From a virus, in IMG/VR virus record IMGVR_UViG_3300020811_000088, positions 1-60,628 of that record: 60,628 nt of DNA. The stretch is one strand, 5' to 3'. The position numbers were made by a program, and so were the translations under genes. Shown here in pieces: positions 50,647-60,622 of this stretch. The notes under the pieces are model-generated. The model had not been told where the DNA came from. It saw nothing but the letters and a program-made list of their open reading frames with translations, and did no database searches. Every line of letters begins with the position of its first letter. The first letter of the stretch is position 1.

Positions 50647-50810
50647 GCTGTCGCTCCCTTCTTTGCTTGGTTCCTGCGAATGCGGTCCCAATGCTTGACG
50701 ACTGCGCGGGCCCGTGCCAGTTGGTCGGCGGTCCAGCCAGCGCCCAGTCTGGCCAGCATATCGCGGGCGGTGGCCAGCGTCATGCCTGCGGTGTGATTGG
50801 TGTATGTCAT
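50643..50810 (-). CDS. Hypothetical small protein
   Basis: CCGGAGCAAC-N4-ATG start context shared with 50991. Confidence 0.45.
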   Translation of the reverse strand: MTYTNHTAGMTLATARDMLARLGAGWTADQLARARAVVKHWDRIRRNQAKKGATA

Positions 50811-50829
50811 GGCAGTTGCTCCGGTGGGT

Positions 50830-50991
50830 TTAGTTTGCTTCGAGGTCGTAACGGTTTTCCAGATCCGCCTGCAGCACAGCGAAGCGCTTGGCCACGATGT
50901 AAGCCTGATCTGGAAACTCTCCGCCATCACGTAAGGCGACGACGAGGGCGGTGACGGCTTGGCTGAGTCTGACTGCGTAGCGTGGTGACAT
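50830..50991 (-). CDS. Hypothetical small protein, first gene of the second leftward operon
   Basis: Start MSPRYAVRLSQ with a GGAG RBS. Confidence 0.45.
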   Translation of the reverse strand: MSPRYAVRLSQAVTALVVALRDGGEFPDQAYIVAKRFAVLQADLENRYDLEAN

Positions 50992-51048
50992 GGTGTTGCT
51001 CCGGTTAGTTGCTGTCTGGTAGGTCAACGGCTGACCTGCCTGCGATAA

Positions 51049-51077
51049 ATTCTACAGTCTGGCGCGCGGCTGTCCAA
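51049..51077 (-). promoter_or_regulatory. Sigma70-type leftward promoter
   Basis: On the - strand: TTGGAC (51077..72), 17-nt spacer, TAGAAT (51054..49), with the same ACTGTAGAAT as at 43359..68. The palindrome AGGTCA-N5-TGACCT (51021..37) lies just downstream. Confidence 0.5.
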
Positions 51078-51183
51078 TGAATTGTTTTTATGCAGATCGC
51101 GGGGTTGATAGGCCAAACCTATTTTGCGGGGAAGTTAAAGGCGAAGCCTTGCAGCTCTGATGCTGTTCCCCTACACTATTCCC

Positions 51184-51921
51184 ATGAACACCAGTACCAA
51201 AACCCCCAAGAGGCTGACACGTAAGCAGATCACGGAAGGGCTCGACACTATGCCCATTTCCTCACTGCTATCCGGCAGCCGAAAAGAATTAACGGCAAAA
51301 CAAGCCGGGTTCGCACGCGAGGTAGCAATGGGCTCGACAAAAGCCGACGCCTACCGCAAGCACTACAAGACGAACAACAAGGCAACACTGACGCATGCGC
51401 CTTATGTCCTTGCGCGAGACGATAGGATAAAGCTGGAGATCGAGGCGATTAAGAGGGCTCAAGAGGCTGAACACATAAAAAACCCTGCGGCTTTGCGTGC
51501 TTTAGTGATCCAAACCCTTGTCGAAGTGGCCACAAACCCCGACGCAAAAGACGCGGCTCGACTCCAAGCCGTCAAGATCCTTGGCACGGTGACCGAGATC
51601 GCGGCCTTCACCGAGCGCAAAGAGACGAAGGTCATTACCTCAAGCGAAGACGCTCGCGCTGAGATCATGGCCGAGCTTCGCGCGCTGTCGAACGCCCAAG
51701 CTATCGACGTGGAGACCGAGGCAGCCAGCCTGCTGGACGAACTCAAACCCGCCCCAGCCGAGACCCACCCATACCCGACCCCCACAACAGGGGAAAGCGA
51801 CCCCCTAATCCCTATGCATACTATCCCACACGAACAGCCCCCTACAATTTCCGATTCCTCTCCGCTAAGGCCCACCCCCAGCAATAGCGAAGACCCCCCG
51901 TCATCATTTCTGGCAAAATAG
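51184..51921 (+). CDS. terS: Terminase small subunit (Terminase_2-like)
   Basis: LTAKQAGFAREVAMGSTKADAYRKHY..., RDDRIKLEIEAI, ARLQAVKILGTVTEIAAFTER; no SD before ATG 51184. Confidence 0.7.
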   Translation: MNTSTKTPKRLTRKQITEGLDTMPISSLLSGSRKELTAKQAGFAREVAMGSTKADAYRKHYKTNNKATLTHAPYVLARDDRIKLEIEAIKRAQEAEHIKNPAALRALVIQTLVEVATNPDAKDAARLQAVKILGTVTEIAAFTERKETKVITSSEDARAEIMAELRALSNAQAIDVETEAASLLDELKPAPAETHPYPTPTTGESDPLIPMHTIPHEQPPTISDSSPLRPTPSNSEDPPSSFLAK

Positions 51922-52017
51922 GGTGGGGGTGCTACTTTTTTAAACACAAAATTTAGGATTTTTTATGAGTACCGCAGCACTACAGTTGCATAGTGATATG
52001 AATACGGATGCCAGACC

Positions 52018-52039
52018 GCGACTTACACAAATAAGTCGC
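52018..52039. promoter_or_regulatory. Copy 3 of the conserved hairpin (loop CACAAA on the + strand), between terS and the wHTH gene
   Basis: GCGACTTA-CACAAA-TAAGTCGC. Confidence 0.7.
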
Positions 52040-52114
52040 CGACCAAAAGTTATCCACAGGGCAATCAGGCAGAAGAGGTCTGACCTAACAGAGATAAAGT
52101 GCATGGAGATGGAA

Positions 52115-52339
52115 ATGAGCCCGGCCCAAAAAGAGGTGTTTTTAGTGATTGATGAGTGGTGGAAGAAGTATGGGTACAGTCCCACGCTTCGGGATATTGC
52201 GTATGTGCGTGGGAAGATGGGGATTGGAAACACGAAGAAGATTGTGGATCGGTTGGTATTGCTTGGCGTGATTAAGAAGATTGATGGGTTGGGTCGAACG
52301 ATTCGGCCGGTGTACATTAACTTTAGGAACCTGGAATGA
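52115..52339 (+). CDS. LexA N-terminal-like winged-helix DNA-binding protein
   Basis: MSPAQKEVFLVIDEWWKKYGYSPTLRDIAYVRGKMGIGNTKKIVDRLVLLGVIKK fits the LexA_DNA_bind pattern; GGAG RBS. Confidence 0.55.
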   Translation: MSPAQKEVFLVIDEWWKKYGYSPTLRDIAYVRGKMGIGNTKKIVDRLVLLGVIKKIDGLGRTIRPVYINFRNLE

Positions 52340-53840
52340 TCGAAGAAAGCATATTGGACAAGTTGCCGGCGCACGAGTTGGAGAAGCTCAAGCGTCAGGT
52401 GGGCGAGTACAAGATTGCCTTGGAGAGGGAAAAGTGCCAAGAGTCGTTCATGGCCTACGTCAAAAAATGTGGCCGGGCTTTATTCATGGGAGACACCACG
52501 CGGTTCTGGCCAAGAAGTTTGAGGACATTGCCAGCGGAAAAATAAAACGCCTGGCCATTTCTTTGCCGCCTCGTCATACAAAAAGCGAATTTGGATCGTT
52601 CTTGTTTCCGAGCTGGTTCTTGGGGAAGTATCCTGGCAAGAAGGTTATGCAGGCTTCCAACACCGGGGAACTGGCTGTGGGCTTTGGCCGGAAGGTTCGT
52701 AACTTGGTGATGGGTGAGCAATACGCGGAAGTGTTTCCGGATGTGACCTTGAGGCAAGATAGTAAAGCAGCCGGCCGGTGGAGCACGAATAAAGACGGGG
52801 AATACTTTGCGATCGGTGTGGGCGGTACGATGACCGGCCGAGGTGCGGACCTGGTAATCATTGACGACCCGCACACGGAACAAGAAGCGGCGCTGGCGGC
52901 TCATGACCCGAGCGTGTATGACAAGTCGTATGAGTGGTACACGTCTGGTCCTCGTCAGCGACTTCAGCCTGGCGGCGCGATCATCATCATTGCGACTCGC
53001 TGGTCTGAGCGGGATTTGATTGGCCGGGTGATCCAGGATTCTATTGAGCGCGGAAAGCCGGACGAGTGGGACGTTGTGGAATTGCCGGCCATCATGCCGA
53101 GCGGGAATTCTTTATGGCCTGAGTTTTGGCCACTGGACCAGTTACTTGCTCTGAAGGAAGAACTGGCGCCGGCAAAATGGAACGCCCAGTACCAACAGCA
53201 GCCCACCGGTGAAGAAGGTGCGATCGTAAAACGCGAGTGGTGGAGAGTTTGGGAGCGTGAAGATCCGCCGCGCTGCGAATTTATTATCCAGTCTTGGGAT
53301 ACGGCTTTTACCAAGAACGAGCGCTCCGACTTTTCGGCTTGCACGACTTGGGGTATTTTTTTCCTGAACGAAGACCCGAACGATGCAAACATTATTTTGC
53401 TTGATTCTTTCCAAAAGCGAATGGAGTTCCCTGAGCTCAAGGAAAAAGCCAAAGCCCACTATATGGATTGGCAGCCGGACGCATGTATTATTGAAGCCAA
53501 GGCAGCAGGTGCCCCGCTTGTTTTTGAAATGCGAGCGGCCGGAATACCAGTTAGCGAATACACTCCGACCAGGGGAACGCGCCAGCAATCAAACGACAAA
53601 ATCGCCCGTTTGAATTCGGTCTCCGACATGTTTAACTCGGGGAAAGTTTGGGCGCCAGATACCAGGTGGGCGCGCGAGGTGATTGACCAAATGGCTGCGT
53701 TTCCAAATGCGGCCCACGACGACTTGGTTGACACGACCGTGCAGGCGTTATTGAGGTTTAGACAAGGCGGCTTCCTCAGATTAGAATCCGATGAACGCGA
53801 CGAGGTTAAGTCCTTCCGCCGTAAAACCGTTTACTATTAA
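52336..53840 (+). CDS. terL: Terminase large subunit, split by a 1-nt deficit in A6 run 52462..52467
   Basis: MIEESILDKLPAHELEKLKRQVGEYKIALEREKCQESFMAYVKK then frame -1 reads MWPGFIHGRHHAVLAKKFEDIASGKIKRLAISLPPRHTKSE... ADLVIIDDPH (Walker B), IIIATRWSERD, DLVDT. Confidence 0.85.
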
Positions 53841-53848
53841 GGCACACT

Positions 53849-56314
53849 ATGAGCATCGAGCAATCTATCAGTCAGGCACCTTTGGGTTTGGATAGTCTTT
53901 TGCCGGATGATGGTCCGGGCATGGAAATCCAAATTGAAAATCCAGAAGGTGTGCAGTTGAATCTGGATGGCATTGAGATTGATTTGATGCCCGAAGCTGA
54001 CGAGATGGATTTTGATGCCAACTTGGCCGAAGAGATGACGTCGGGCGAGCTGCAAAAGTTGGCCAGCGATATTGTCGAAATGGTGGACGCCGACATCAAC
54101 AGTCGCAAGGACTGGGTTGAGATGTACGTCAAAGGCCTGGAAGTGCTGGGCATGAAGTACGAAGAGCGCACCGAGCCATGGAACGGCGCCTGCGGTGTGT
54201 ACTCCACAATTTTGACTGAAGCGGCCATCCGATTCCAGAGCGAAACCATCCTTGAGACGTTCCCGGCTGCGGGCCCCGTCAAGACTGAGATCATTGGCGC
54301 GATCGACCAGCTCAAAGAAGACGCGGCCGAGCGAGTTCGTGATGACATGAACTTCCAATTGACCGAGGCCATGCCTGAATACCGGCCAGAACATGAGCGA
54401 CTGCTCTATTCACTTGGTTTATCCGGCGCCGCCTTCAAGAAAATCTACTTTGATCCCGGCATGGATCGTCAAATGGCCACGTTTATCCCGGCCGAAGACA
54501 TCATCATCCCTTACGGCGCGTCCAGCCTGTTCAACTCCGAGCGTATTACCCACGTAATGCGCAAAACCACCAACGATATTCGCAAATTGCAGGTTGCCGG
54601 CTTCTACCGCGACGTGGAGTTGGGTGATCCGGTCACGATTCACACGGATGTGGAGAAAAAGAAGGCCGAAGACCAGGGTTACAGCCTGACCGACGACGAT
54701 CGTTACCAGATTTTGGAAGTCCACCTGGACTATGACCTGCCTGGCTACGAAGATGAAGACGGAATCGCCCTGCCATACGTGATTACGATTGATCGCGGCA
54801 CAAATGAAGTGCTGGCCGTGCGCAGAAACTGGGAAGAGTCAGACAAACGCAAGGTAAAACGCGAGCATTTCGTGCAATACACCTACATTCCAGGGTTTGG
54901 CGCCTATGGATTGGGCTTGATTCACCTAATTGGTGGCTATGCGCGCGCTGGAACCAGCATTATTCGCCAATTGGTGGACGCCGGCACGCTGTCCAACCTG
55001 CCTGGCGGCCTGAAATCACGCGGTTTGCGCATCAAAGGCGACGATACACCTATCTCTCCAGGCGAATTTAGGGACGTAGATGTGCCCTCGGGAACAGTCC
55101 GAGACAACATTATGACCCTCCCATACAAGGAGCCAAGCCAGGTTTTGATGGGTCTGCTCAACCAAATTACGGAAGAAGGCCGTCGTTTGGGCTCCATTGC
55201 TGACATGAACATCAGCGACATGGGCGCCAATGCTCCAGTTGGAACTACGCTTGCGTTGCTTGAGCGCCAGTTGAAGAATATGTCGGCCGTGCAGGCACGA
55301 GTTCACTTCTCAATGAAGCAAGAATTCAAATTGCTGCGCGACATTATTCGTGACAACACCCCTGGCGAGTATGAGTACAACCCGGCCGAAGGTTCACGCA
55401 AGGCCAAGCGCCAAGACTACGACATGGTGGATGTTATCCCTGTGTCGGACCCCAACAGCTCGACCATGGCCCAGCGGATCATGCAGTACCAGGCGGTCAT
55501 TCAGTTGGCCCAGGGCGCGCCGCAGATCTACAACCTGCCCCAGTTGCACCGCCAGATGATCGAGGTGCTTGGCATCAAGAATGCCGACAAGCTGGTGCCC
55601 ACTGAAGACTATCAATTGCCCAAAGATCCCGTCAGCGAGAACATGGGCTTTTTGACCGGCAAGCCACAGAAGGCTTTCATCTACCAAGATCACGACGCTC
55701 ACATTGCTGTTCACACTTCAATGTTGCAAGACCCCAAGGTCATGTCGCAAATTGGCCAGAACCCAATGGCGCAGCAGATCAATGCAGCCATCATGGCGCA
55801 CGTTGCTGAGCACGTTGCATTCCAGTATCGCAACGGCATCCAAGAGCGCCTCGGCGCCACGCTGCCTGAGCCAGATGTGGAAATGTCCAAAGAGACTGAA
55901 GTGCAATTGTCCAAGCTGGTTGCCCAGGCTTCACAGCAATTGTTGCAGCAGCACAAAGGTGAGGCCGCACAACAGCAAGCCCAGCAGCAAGCGCAAGATC
56001 CAATCATCCAGATGCAGCAGCAAGAGCTACAGATCAAGCAACAAGAGACTCAGATCAAGGCGCAAAAAGTGCAAGGTGAATTGCAACTGAAGGCGCAAGA
56101 GCTGCAAATGAAGCAGCAAGAGATGATGATGAAAAATGGCGAGTCACCAGAAATGATTGCTGCTCGCCACAATCAAGAAATGCAGCAACAGGTGCAACGT
56201 CATCAGATGGAGTTGATGCAAGCGCAGCAAGCTCACCAGCAAAAGCTGAGCCACTCTGAGCAAGCTGCTGCAGCCAAGGCCCGCCAAATGGCAAATACCC
56301 AACGGGGTGAATAA
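53849..56314 (+). CDS. Portal protein with Gln-rich coiled-coil C-terminus
   Basis: 821 aa, directly after terL; ...ERTEPWNGACGVYSTILTEAAIRFQSE... Confidence 0.7.
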   Translation: MSIEQSISQAPLGLDSLLPDDGPGMEIQIENPEGVQLNLDGIEIDLMPEADEMDFDANLAEEMTSGELQKLASDIVEMVDADINSRKDWVEMYVKGLEVLGMKYEERTEPWNGACGVYSTILTEAAIRFQSETILETFPAAGPVKTEIIGAIDQLKEDAAERVRDDMNFQLTEAMPEYRPEHERLLYSLGLSGAAFKKIYFDPGMDRQMATFIPAEDIIIPYGASSLFNSERITHVMRKTTNDIRKLQVAGFYRDVELGDPVTIHTDVEKKKAEDQGYSLTDDDRYQILEVHLDYDLPGYEDEDGIALPYVITIDRGTNEVLAVRRNWEESDKRKVKREHFVQYTYIPGFGAYGLGLIHLIGGYARAGTSIIRQLVDAGTLSNLPGGLKSRGLRIKGDDTPISPGEFRDVDVPSGTVRDNIMTLPYKEPSQVLMGLLNQITEEGRRLGSIADMNISDMGANAPVGTTLALLERQLKNMSAVQARVHFSMKQEFKLLRDIIRDNTPGEYEYNPAEGSRKAKRQDYDMVDVIPVSDPNSSTMAQRIMQYQAVIQLAQGAPQIYNLPQLHRQMIEVLGIKNADKLVPTEDYQLPKDPVSENMGFLTGKPQKAFIYQDHDAHIAVHTSMLQDPKVMSQIGQNPMAQQINAAIMAHVAEHVAFQYRNGIQERLGATLPEPDVEMSKETEVQLSKLVAQASQQLLQQHKGEAAQQQAQQQAQDPIIQMQQQELQIKQQETQIKAQKVQGELQLKAQELQMKQQEMMMKNGESPEMIAARHNQEMQQQVQRHQMELMQAQQAHQQKLSHSEQAAAAKARQMANTQRGE

Positions 56315-56511
56315 TGGAAACAAAAATCTTTGAAATCCTCAACAACAAGTTTGAGGAGGAGATCAAAAGCATAGTACAAGTTTTGTGTGATGGTGGAGCT
56401 AAATCCTACGATCACTACAAAGAGTTGAGCGGAACCATCCGAGGTCTCCGAACCGCTCAACGCGAACTCGGCGACCTCGTGCGTAAACTGAAAGAAATAG
56501 ACGATGAATAA
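56314..56511 (+). CDS. Hypothetical small protein
   Basis: ATGA coupling to the portal gene. Confidence 0.5.
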   Translation: METKIFEILNNKFEEEIKSIVQVLCDGGAKSYDHYKELSGTIRGLRTAQRELGDLVRKLKEIDDE

Positions 56512-56902
56512 ATTTGATGTTCAGGCAGTTGATTTGTCTGGCCTACTCAACAAACCAGTTGAGGACAAAGCCAAACAAATTCCAGACCCGGTAACCTATC
56601 ACCTTCTGTGCATGCTACCAGAAGCCAAAGAGGAATACGAAGGCGGAATTTTAAAATCAGCCCAGGCCATGATGCACGAAGAGCTGCTGTCTCCCGTGTT
56701 GTTTGTGGCCAAGATTGGACCCGATGCTTTCAAAGACCCAGAGCGTTTTCCGTCTGGACCGTCGTGCGCTGTAGGCGACTTTATTTTGGTTCGGCCAAAC
56801 ACCGGCACCCGAATGAAAATCCATGGCACTGAATGGCGACTCATCAATGATGATTCTGTCCAAGCAGTTGTGCAGGATCCCAGAGGTGTGCAGCGGCCAT
56901 GA
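56504..56902 (+). CDS. GroES/Cpn10-like protein
   Basis: YHLLCMLPEAKEEYEGGILKSAQAM...VLFVAKIGPDA...AVGDFILVRPNTGTRMKIHGTEWRLINDDSVQAVV parallels the GroES layout. Confidence 0.4.
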   Translation: MNKFDVQAVDLSGLLNKPVEDKAKQIPDPVTYHLLCMLPEAKEEYEGGILKSAQAMMHEELLSPVLFVAKIGPDAFKDPERFPSGPSCAVGDFILVRPNTGTRMKIHGTEWRLINDDSVQAVVQDPRGVQRP

Positions 56903-57417
56903 GCAATGCTGAGCAAAAAGCCAAAGCCGCAGAACGATGGAAAGCATACTATGCAATCCATAAAGAGCGATTGGTTCTTGAAGCTAGGCAGCGTCGGATG
57001 AATAATCCTGACGCTACATTGGCGGCCAAACGCAAATATTACGCATCTGAAAAAGGTAAAGCGCAAAAACGCAAAGAAGCTAAAGCCTACGTCTTATCCG
57101 GCGGAAGAGCTGAAGCTGAAAAACGTCGCGCAGCCAAACCAATTTCAGAGGCGCGAAAGATGGCGCGATTGAAATACCAATTAATGCGTAGTTCAAGCGA
57201 AAAACAACTTGGCGAGTTTGATGCGTTTGTCTTGGGAGAGGCTGTGCGTTTATGCAAATTACGCACACAGCACACTGGGCGAGCTTGGCATGTAGATCAC
57301 ATTGTTCCCGTCAGTAAAGGCGGAACAAGCGTAGCAAACAACTTACAAGTTGTACCGGCACTTTGGAACCGTAAAAAATCCAACAAACACTCTGAGCGAT
57401 TTTTCGCTCATGCTTAG
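56899..57417 (+). CDS. HNH endonuclease
   Basis: WHVDHIVPVSKGGTSVANNLQVVPALWNRKKSNK. Confidence 0.8.
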   Translation: MSNAEQKAKAAERWKAYYAIHKERLVLEARQRRMNNPDATLAAKRKYYASEKGKAQKRKEAKAYVLSGGRAEAEKRRAAKPISEARKMARLKYQLMRSSSEKQLGEFDAFVLGEAVRLCKLRTQHTGRAWHVDHIVPVSKGGTSVANNLQVVPALWNRKKSNKHSERFFAHA

Positions 57418-57425
57418 GAGTAAAC

Positions 57426-57656
57426 ATGGAAACTCGTGAAATGACTTTTGGCGAAAAAGCCTGTGGTGTTAGTTTTAATCCCGGAGGCCGTGAAGACGTT
57501 GACAAAATCAAACGTGCATTTGCGGATCTGGTTGATTTGCTAAATGAGCATCGTATTGATGCAAAGCCTGAAGTGGCGCGTATGCTTAGCATTGCTGTTA
57601 CTGAAGCTCAGACTGCCCAAATGTGGGCCGTTAAAGCTGTGACGTGGGGGTACTAA
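57426..57656 (+). CDS. Hypothetical small protein
   Basis: AGGAG RBS; 76 aa. Confidence 0.5.
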   Translation: METREMTFGEKACGVSFNPGGREDVDKIKRAFADLVDLLNEHRIDAKPEVARMLSIAVTEAQTAQMWAVKAVTWGY

Positions 57657-57658
57657 TC

Positions 57659-58617
57659 ATGGCTGATATTGAAAAAACGGAATTTGAATTTCCTGACATG
57701 GCTGAAGAAAAAACCCACGCGAAGGCGGCCGGGTTGTTGAGCCAGAAGCCGAGGAAAAACCAGAAATTGAAGTGGTTGACGATACTCCACCAGAGGATCG
57801 CAATCGCAAACCAATGATGGAGCCGCCAAAGGAATTTGCTGAAGACGAGCTGACTAAATACGACGAGAGCGTACAAAAGCGAATCAAGCATTTCACCAAG
57901 GGCTACCACGAAGAACGCCGCGCAAAAGAAACTGCGCAGCGCGAAAAAGATGAAGCTTTGCGATTGGCCCAGGCTGTAATTGCAGAGAATAATCAACTCA
58001 AGGGTTCGGTCAATCAAAATCAAACTGCATTATTGGAACAAGCCAAAAAGGTAGTGAGCAATGAGATTGAAGAAGCCAAGAGAAACTACAAGGCGGCTTA
58101 TGAATCGGGTGATTCCGATCGTTTGGTTGAAGCCCAAGAGGCATTAACTAACGCCAAAATTAGAGCCGACAAGGTAAATAATTTTAAACCCACCCCTTTA
58201 CAGCCACGCGAAACTGAGGTACAAATCGAACCACAGCAAGCCAAACAGGCTCCTGTTGACGATAAACTACTTGCATGGAAAGATAATAATCAGTGGTTTG
58301 GGTCCAACAAGAGAATGACTGCATACGCACTCGGTGTGCATGAAGATTTGGTTGGCGAAGGAATTCCTGCTGGCAGCGAAGAATACTACCGACGTATCGA
58401 CGCTGACATTAGGTCAAGATTCTCGGAGCAGTTTGGAGCCGAAGAGTCCGTTGATGCGAAACCTCAACGCACTAAATCCAACAACGTTGCACCTGCAACC
58501 CGTAGCACAGCGCCCAAAAAGATCGTGCTGACGCAGACCCAGGTGAATATCGCCAAGCGGCTTGGTGTTCCATTGGAACTCTATGCTCGTAAGGTTGCTG
58601 AAGAAATGAGGAAATGA
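57659..58617 (+). CDS. Scaffolding protein candidate, split by a 1-nt deficit in A6 run 57708..57713
   Basis: MADIEKTEFEFPDMAEEK then frame -1 reads NPREGGRVVEPEAEEKPEIEVVDDTPPEDRNRKPMMEPPKEF...; charged coiled coil between portal and capsid. Confidence 0.5.
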
Positions 58618-59072
58618 AAATGGAAAAAGCTGCACGTCCAAGTCGCGATTTGAATACACGAGAAACTGCGGAGCGCCCAAAACATTGGATGCCACCACAG
58701 TTGTTGCCTGACCCAACTCCTGAAGAGGGTTACGCATACCGCTGGATTCGGATCAGTACCTTGAATAAGGCTGACGCCACGAACCTTTCCTCGAAATTAC
58801 GCGAAGGCTGGGAACCCGTTAAGGCTTCTGACCATCCCGAAATTCGCCTGTTTGGATCGGCCAACGGCCAATTCCCTGACAGCGTGGAAGTCGGCGGTTT
58901 GTTGCTTTGCAAAACCCCGGTGGAGTTTACTGAGCAGCGGAATGCGTATTACAGCAAACAAGCTGACGCGCAGATGCAATCAGTCGATAACACCTTCATG
59001 CGCGATAATGATCCTCGGATGCCAATGTTCAAAGAACGCAGCTCCAAGGTGACTTTCGGTAAAGGTATTTAA
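58614..59072 (+). CDS. Hypothetical head-module protein
   Basis: ATGA coupling; ...GYAYRWIRISTLNKADATNLSSKLREGWEPV... Confidence 0.5.
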   Translation: MKMEKAARPSRDLNTRETAERPKHWMPPQLLPDPTPEEGYAYRWIRISTLNKADATNLSSKLREGWEPVKASDHPEIRLFGSANGQFPDSVEVGGLLLCKTPVEFTEQRNAYYSKQADAQMQSVDNTFMRDNDPRMPMFKERSSKVTFGKGI

Positions 59073-59088
59073 TCTTTTGGAGTCTTAA

Positions 59089-59703
59089 ATGGCATATCCT
59101 ACTGTCAGCAAGACGTATGGTTTGAAGCCAGTCAACCGACTGGACGGCTTACCTTACGCCGGAGCGATCCGTCAAATCCCTATCTCGGCCGGCTTTGCCA
59201 CCGCGATCCTCAACGGTGATACCGTGGCTGTTGATACCAACGGTTACTTGATCGCTAAAACCGCTACTAACACTGGTGACAGCGTTGGCGTGTTGGTTGG
59301 TTGCTCGTATGTGAACTCGTCTGGTCAGCCAGTGCAAGGTCAGTACTACCCAGCTTCCCAATCCACTTCCACCGCCTTGGCCTTTGGTTATGTTGTGGAT
59401 GATCCAAATGCAGTGTTCCGTGTTGCCGCTTCGAATGGTCAAACCACCGTTCCTACAGCATACAGCCGTGCATTGGTTGGCTCTAACGTCGCTTTGTCTG
59501 TAACTGCTGGTTCCACCAACACTGGTGACTCGTACTACGGCATCGACGGCGCTTCTGCCGGCACAACCGCAACCCTTCCCATTCGTGTGATCGACGTAGT
59601 GCCAGACACTGCTACTGGCCCAGCTAACGCTTCTGCCACGACTTACTACGAATTCTTGGTCAAGTTCAACTTGCACCAGTACACTGATACCACTGGTATC
59701 TAA
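59089..59703 (+). CDS. Putative capsid decoration/cement protein
   Basis: 204-aa ORF immediately upstream of the capsid gene (a position analogous to cement proteins in some podoviruses); no motif-level proof. Confidence 0.3.
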   Translation: MAYPTVSKTYGLKPVNRLDGLPYAGAIRQIPISAGFATAILNGDTVAVDTNGYLIAKTATNTGDSVGVLVGCSYVNSSGQPVQGQYYPASQSTSTALAFGYVVDDPNAVFRVAASNGQTTVPTAYSRALVGSNVALSVTAGSTNTGDSYYGIDGASAGTTATLPIRVIDVVPDTATGPANASATTYYEFLVKFNLHQYTDTTGI

Positions 59704-59713
59704 GGAGTAAACA

Positions 59714-60622
59714 ATGGCTATTTCACGCGCACAACTGCTCAAAGAATTGCTCCCTGGCCTGAACGCTTTGTTCGGCCTGGAGTACGCTAAGTACGGCGAA
59801 GAGCACAAAGAGATCTACGAAACCGAATCTTCGGAGCGTAGTTTTGAAGAAGAGACCAAGCTGTCTGGTTTCTCTGCTGCACCAGTCAAGAACGAAGGCT
59901 CTGCCATCGCTTATGACAACGCACAGGAAGCATGGACTGCTCGTTACACTCACGAAACCATTGCAATGGGCTTCTCCATCACGGAAGAAGCTGTGGAAGA
60001 CAACCTGTATGACAGCTTGTCCAGCCGCTACACCAAGGCTTTGGCTCGCGGTATGGCTTACACCAAGCAAGTTAAAGGCGCTTATGTGCTGAACAACGCG
60101 TTTGCTGGTGGCCCTACCTACGGTGACGGTCAAGTTCTATGTTCGACAGCTCACCCTCTGGTGTCTGGCGGCACTAACAGCAACACCCCATCTACCGCTG
60201 CCGACTTGAACGAAACATCGTTGGAAAACGCTGTTATTCAGATCGCTGGTTGGACTGATGAACGCGGTCTGTTGATCGCTGCTAAGCCCAAGAAATTGGT
60301 CGTTCCTCCAAGCCTGATGTTCGTGGCTACCCGCTTGCTCGAAACCGAGTTGCGCGTTGGTACAACCGACAACGACATCAACGCCTTGAAGAACAACGGC
60401 TCGATTCCTGAAGGCTACACCGTTAACCACTTCTTGACAGACACCAACGCTTGGTTCCTGTTGACTGACGTGCCAAACGGCTTGAAGCACTTCGTTCGTA
60501 CCCCGCTGCAAAACAGCATGGACGGCGACTTTGACACAGGTAACGTTCGTTACAAAGCCCGTGAGCGTTACAGCTTCGGCGTGTCTGATCCTCTGGGCAT
60601 CTTCGGTTCGCCCGGCGCTTAA
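59714..60622 (+). CDS. Major capsid protein (HK97-fold type)
   Basis: 302 aa; AAGGAG RBS; strong terminator downstream; sequence pattern typical of phage major capsid proteins; lies in the head module after the scaffold. Confidence 0.8.
   Translation: MAISRAQLLKELLPGLNALFGLEYAKYGEEHKEIYETESSERSFEEETKLSGFSAAPVKNEGSAIAYDNAQEAWTARYTHETIAMGFSITEEAVEDNLYDSLSSRYTKALARGMAYTKQVKGAYVLNNAFAGGPTYGDGQVLCSTAHPLVSGGTNSNTPSTAADLNETSLENAVIQIAGWTDERGLLIAAKPKKLVVPPSLMFVATRLLETELRVGTTDNDINALKNNGSIPEGYTVNHFLTDTNAWFLLTDVPNGLKHFVRTPLQNSMDGDFDTGNVRYKARERYSFGVSDPLGIFGSPGA

Noticed and set aside
13514-57713. Programmed -1 ribosomal frameshifting or transcriptional slippage as the explanation for the split genes.
   Set aside because: The runs are short (A5/A6), and no canonical X_XXY_YYZ heptamer with a downstream structure was seen. 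The events hit many unrelated essential genes, always as a one-base deficit, and longer runs elsewhere are in frame. Assembly error is more parsimonious. This is not formally excluded without reads or cDNA.
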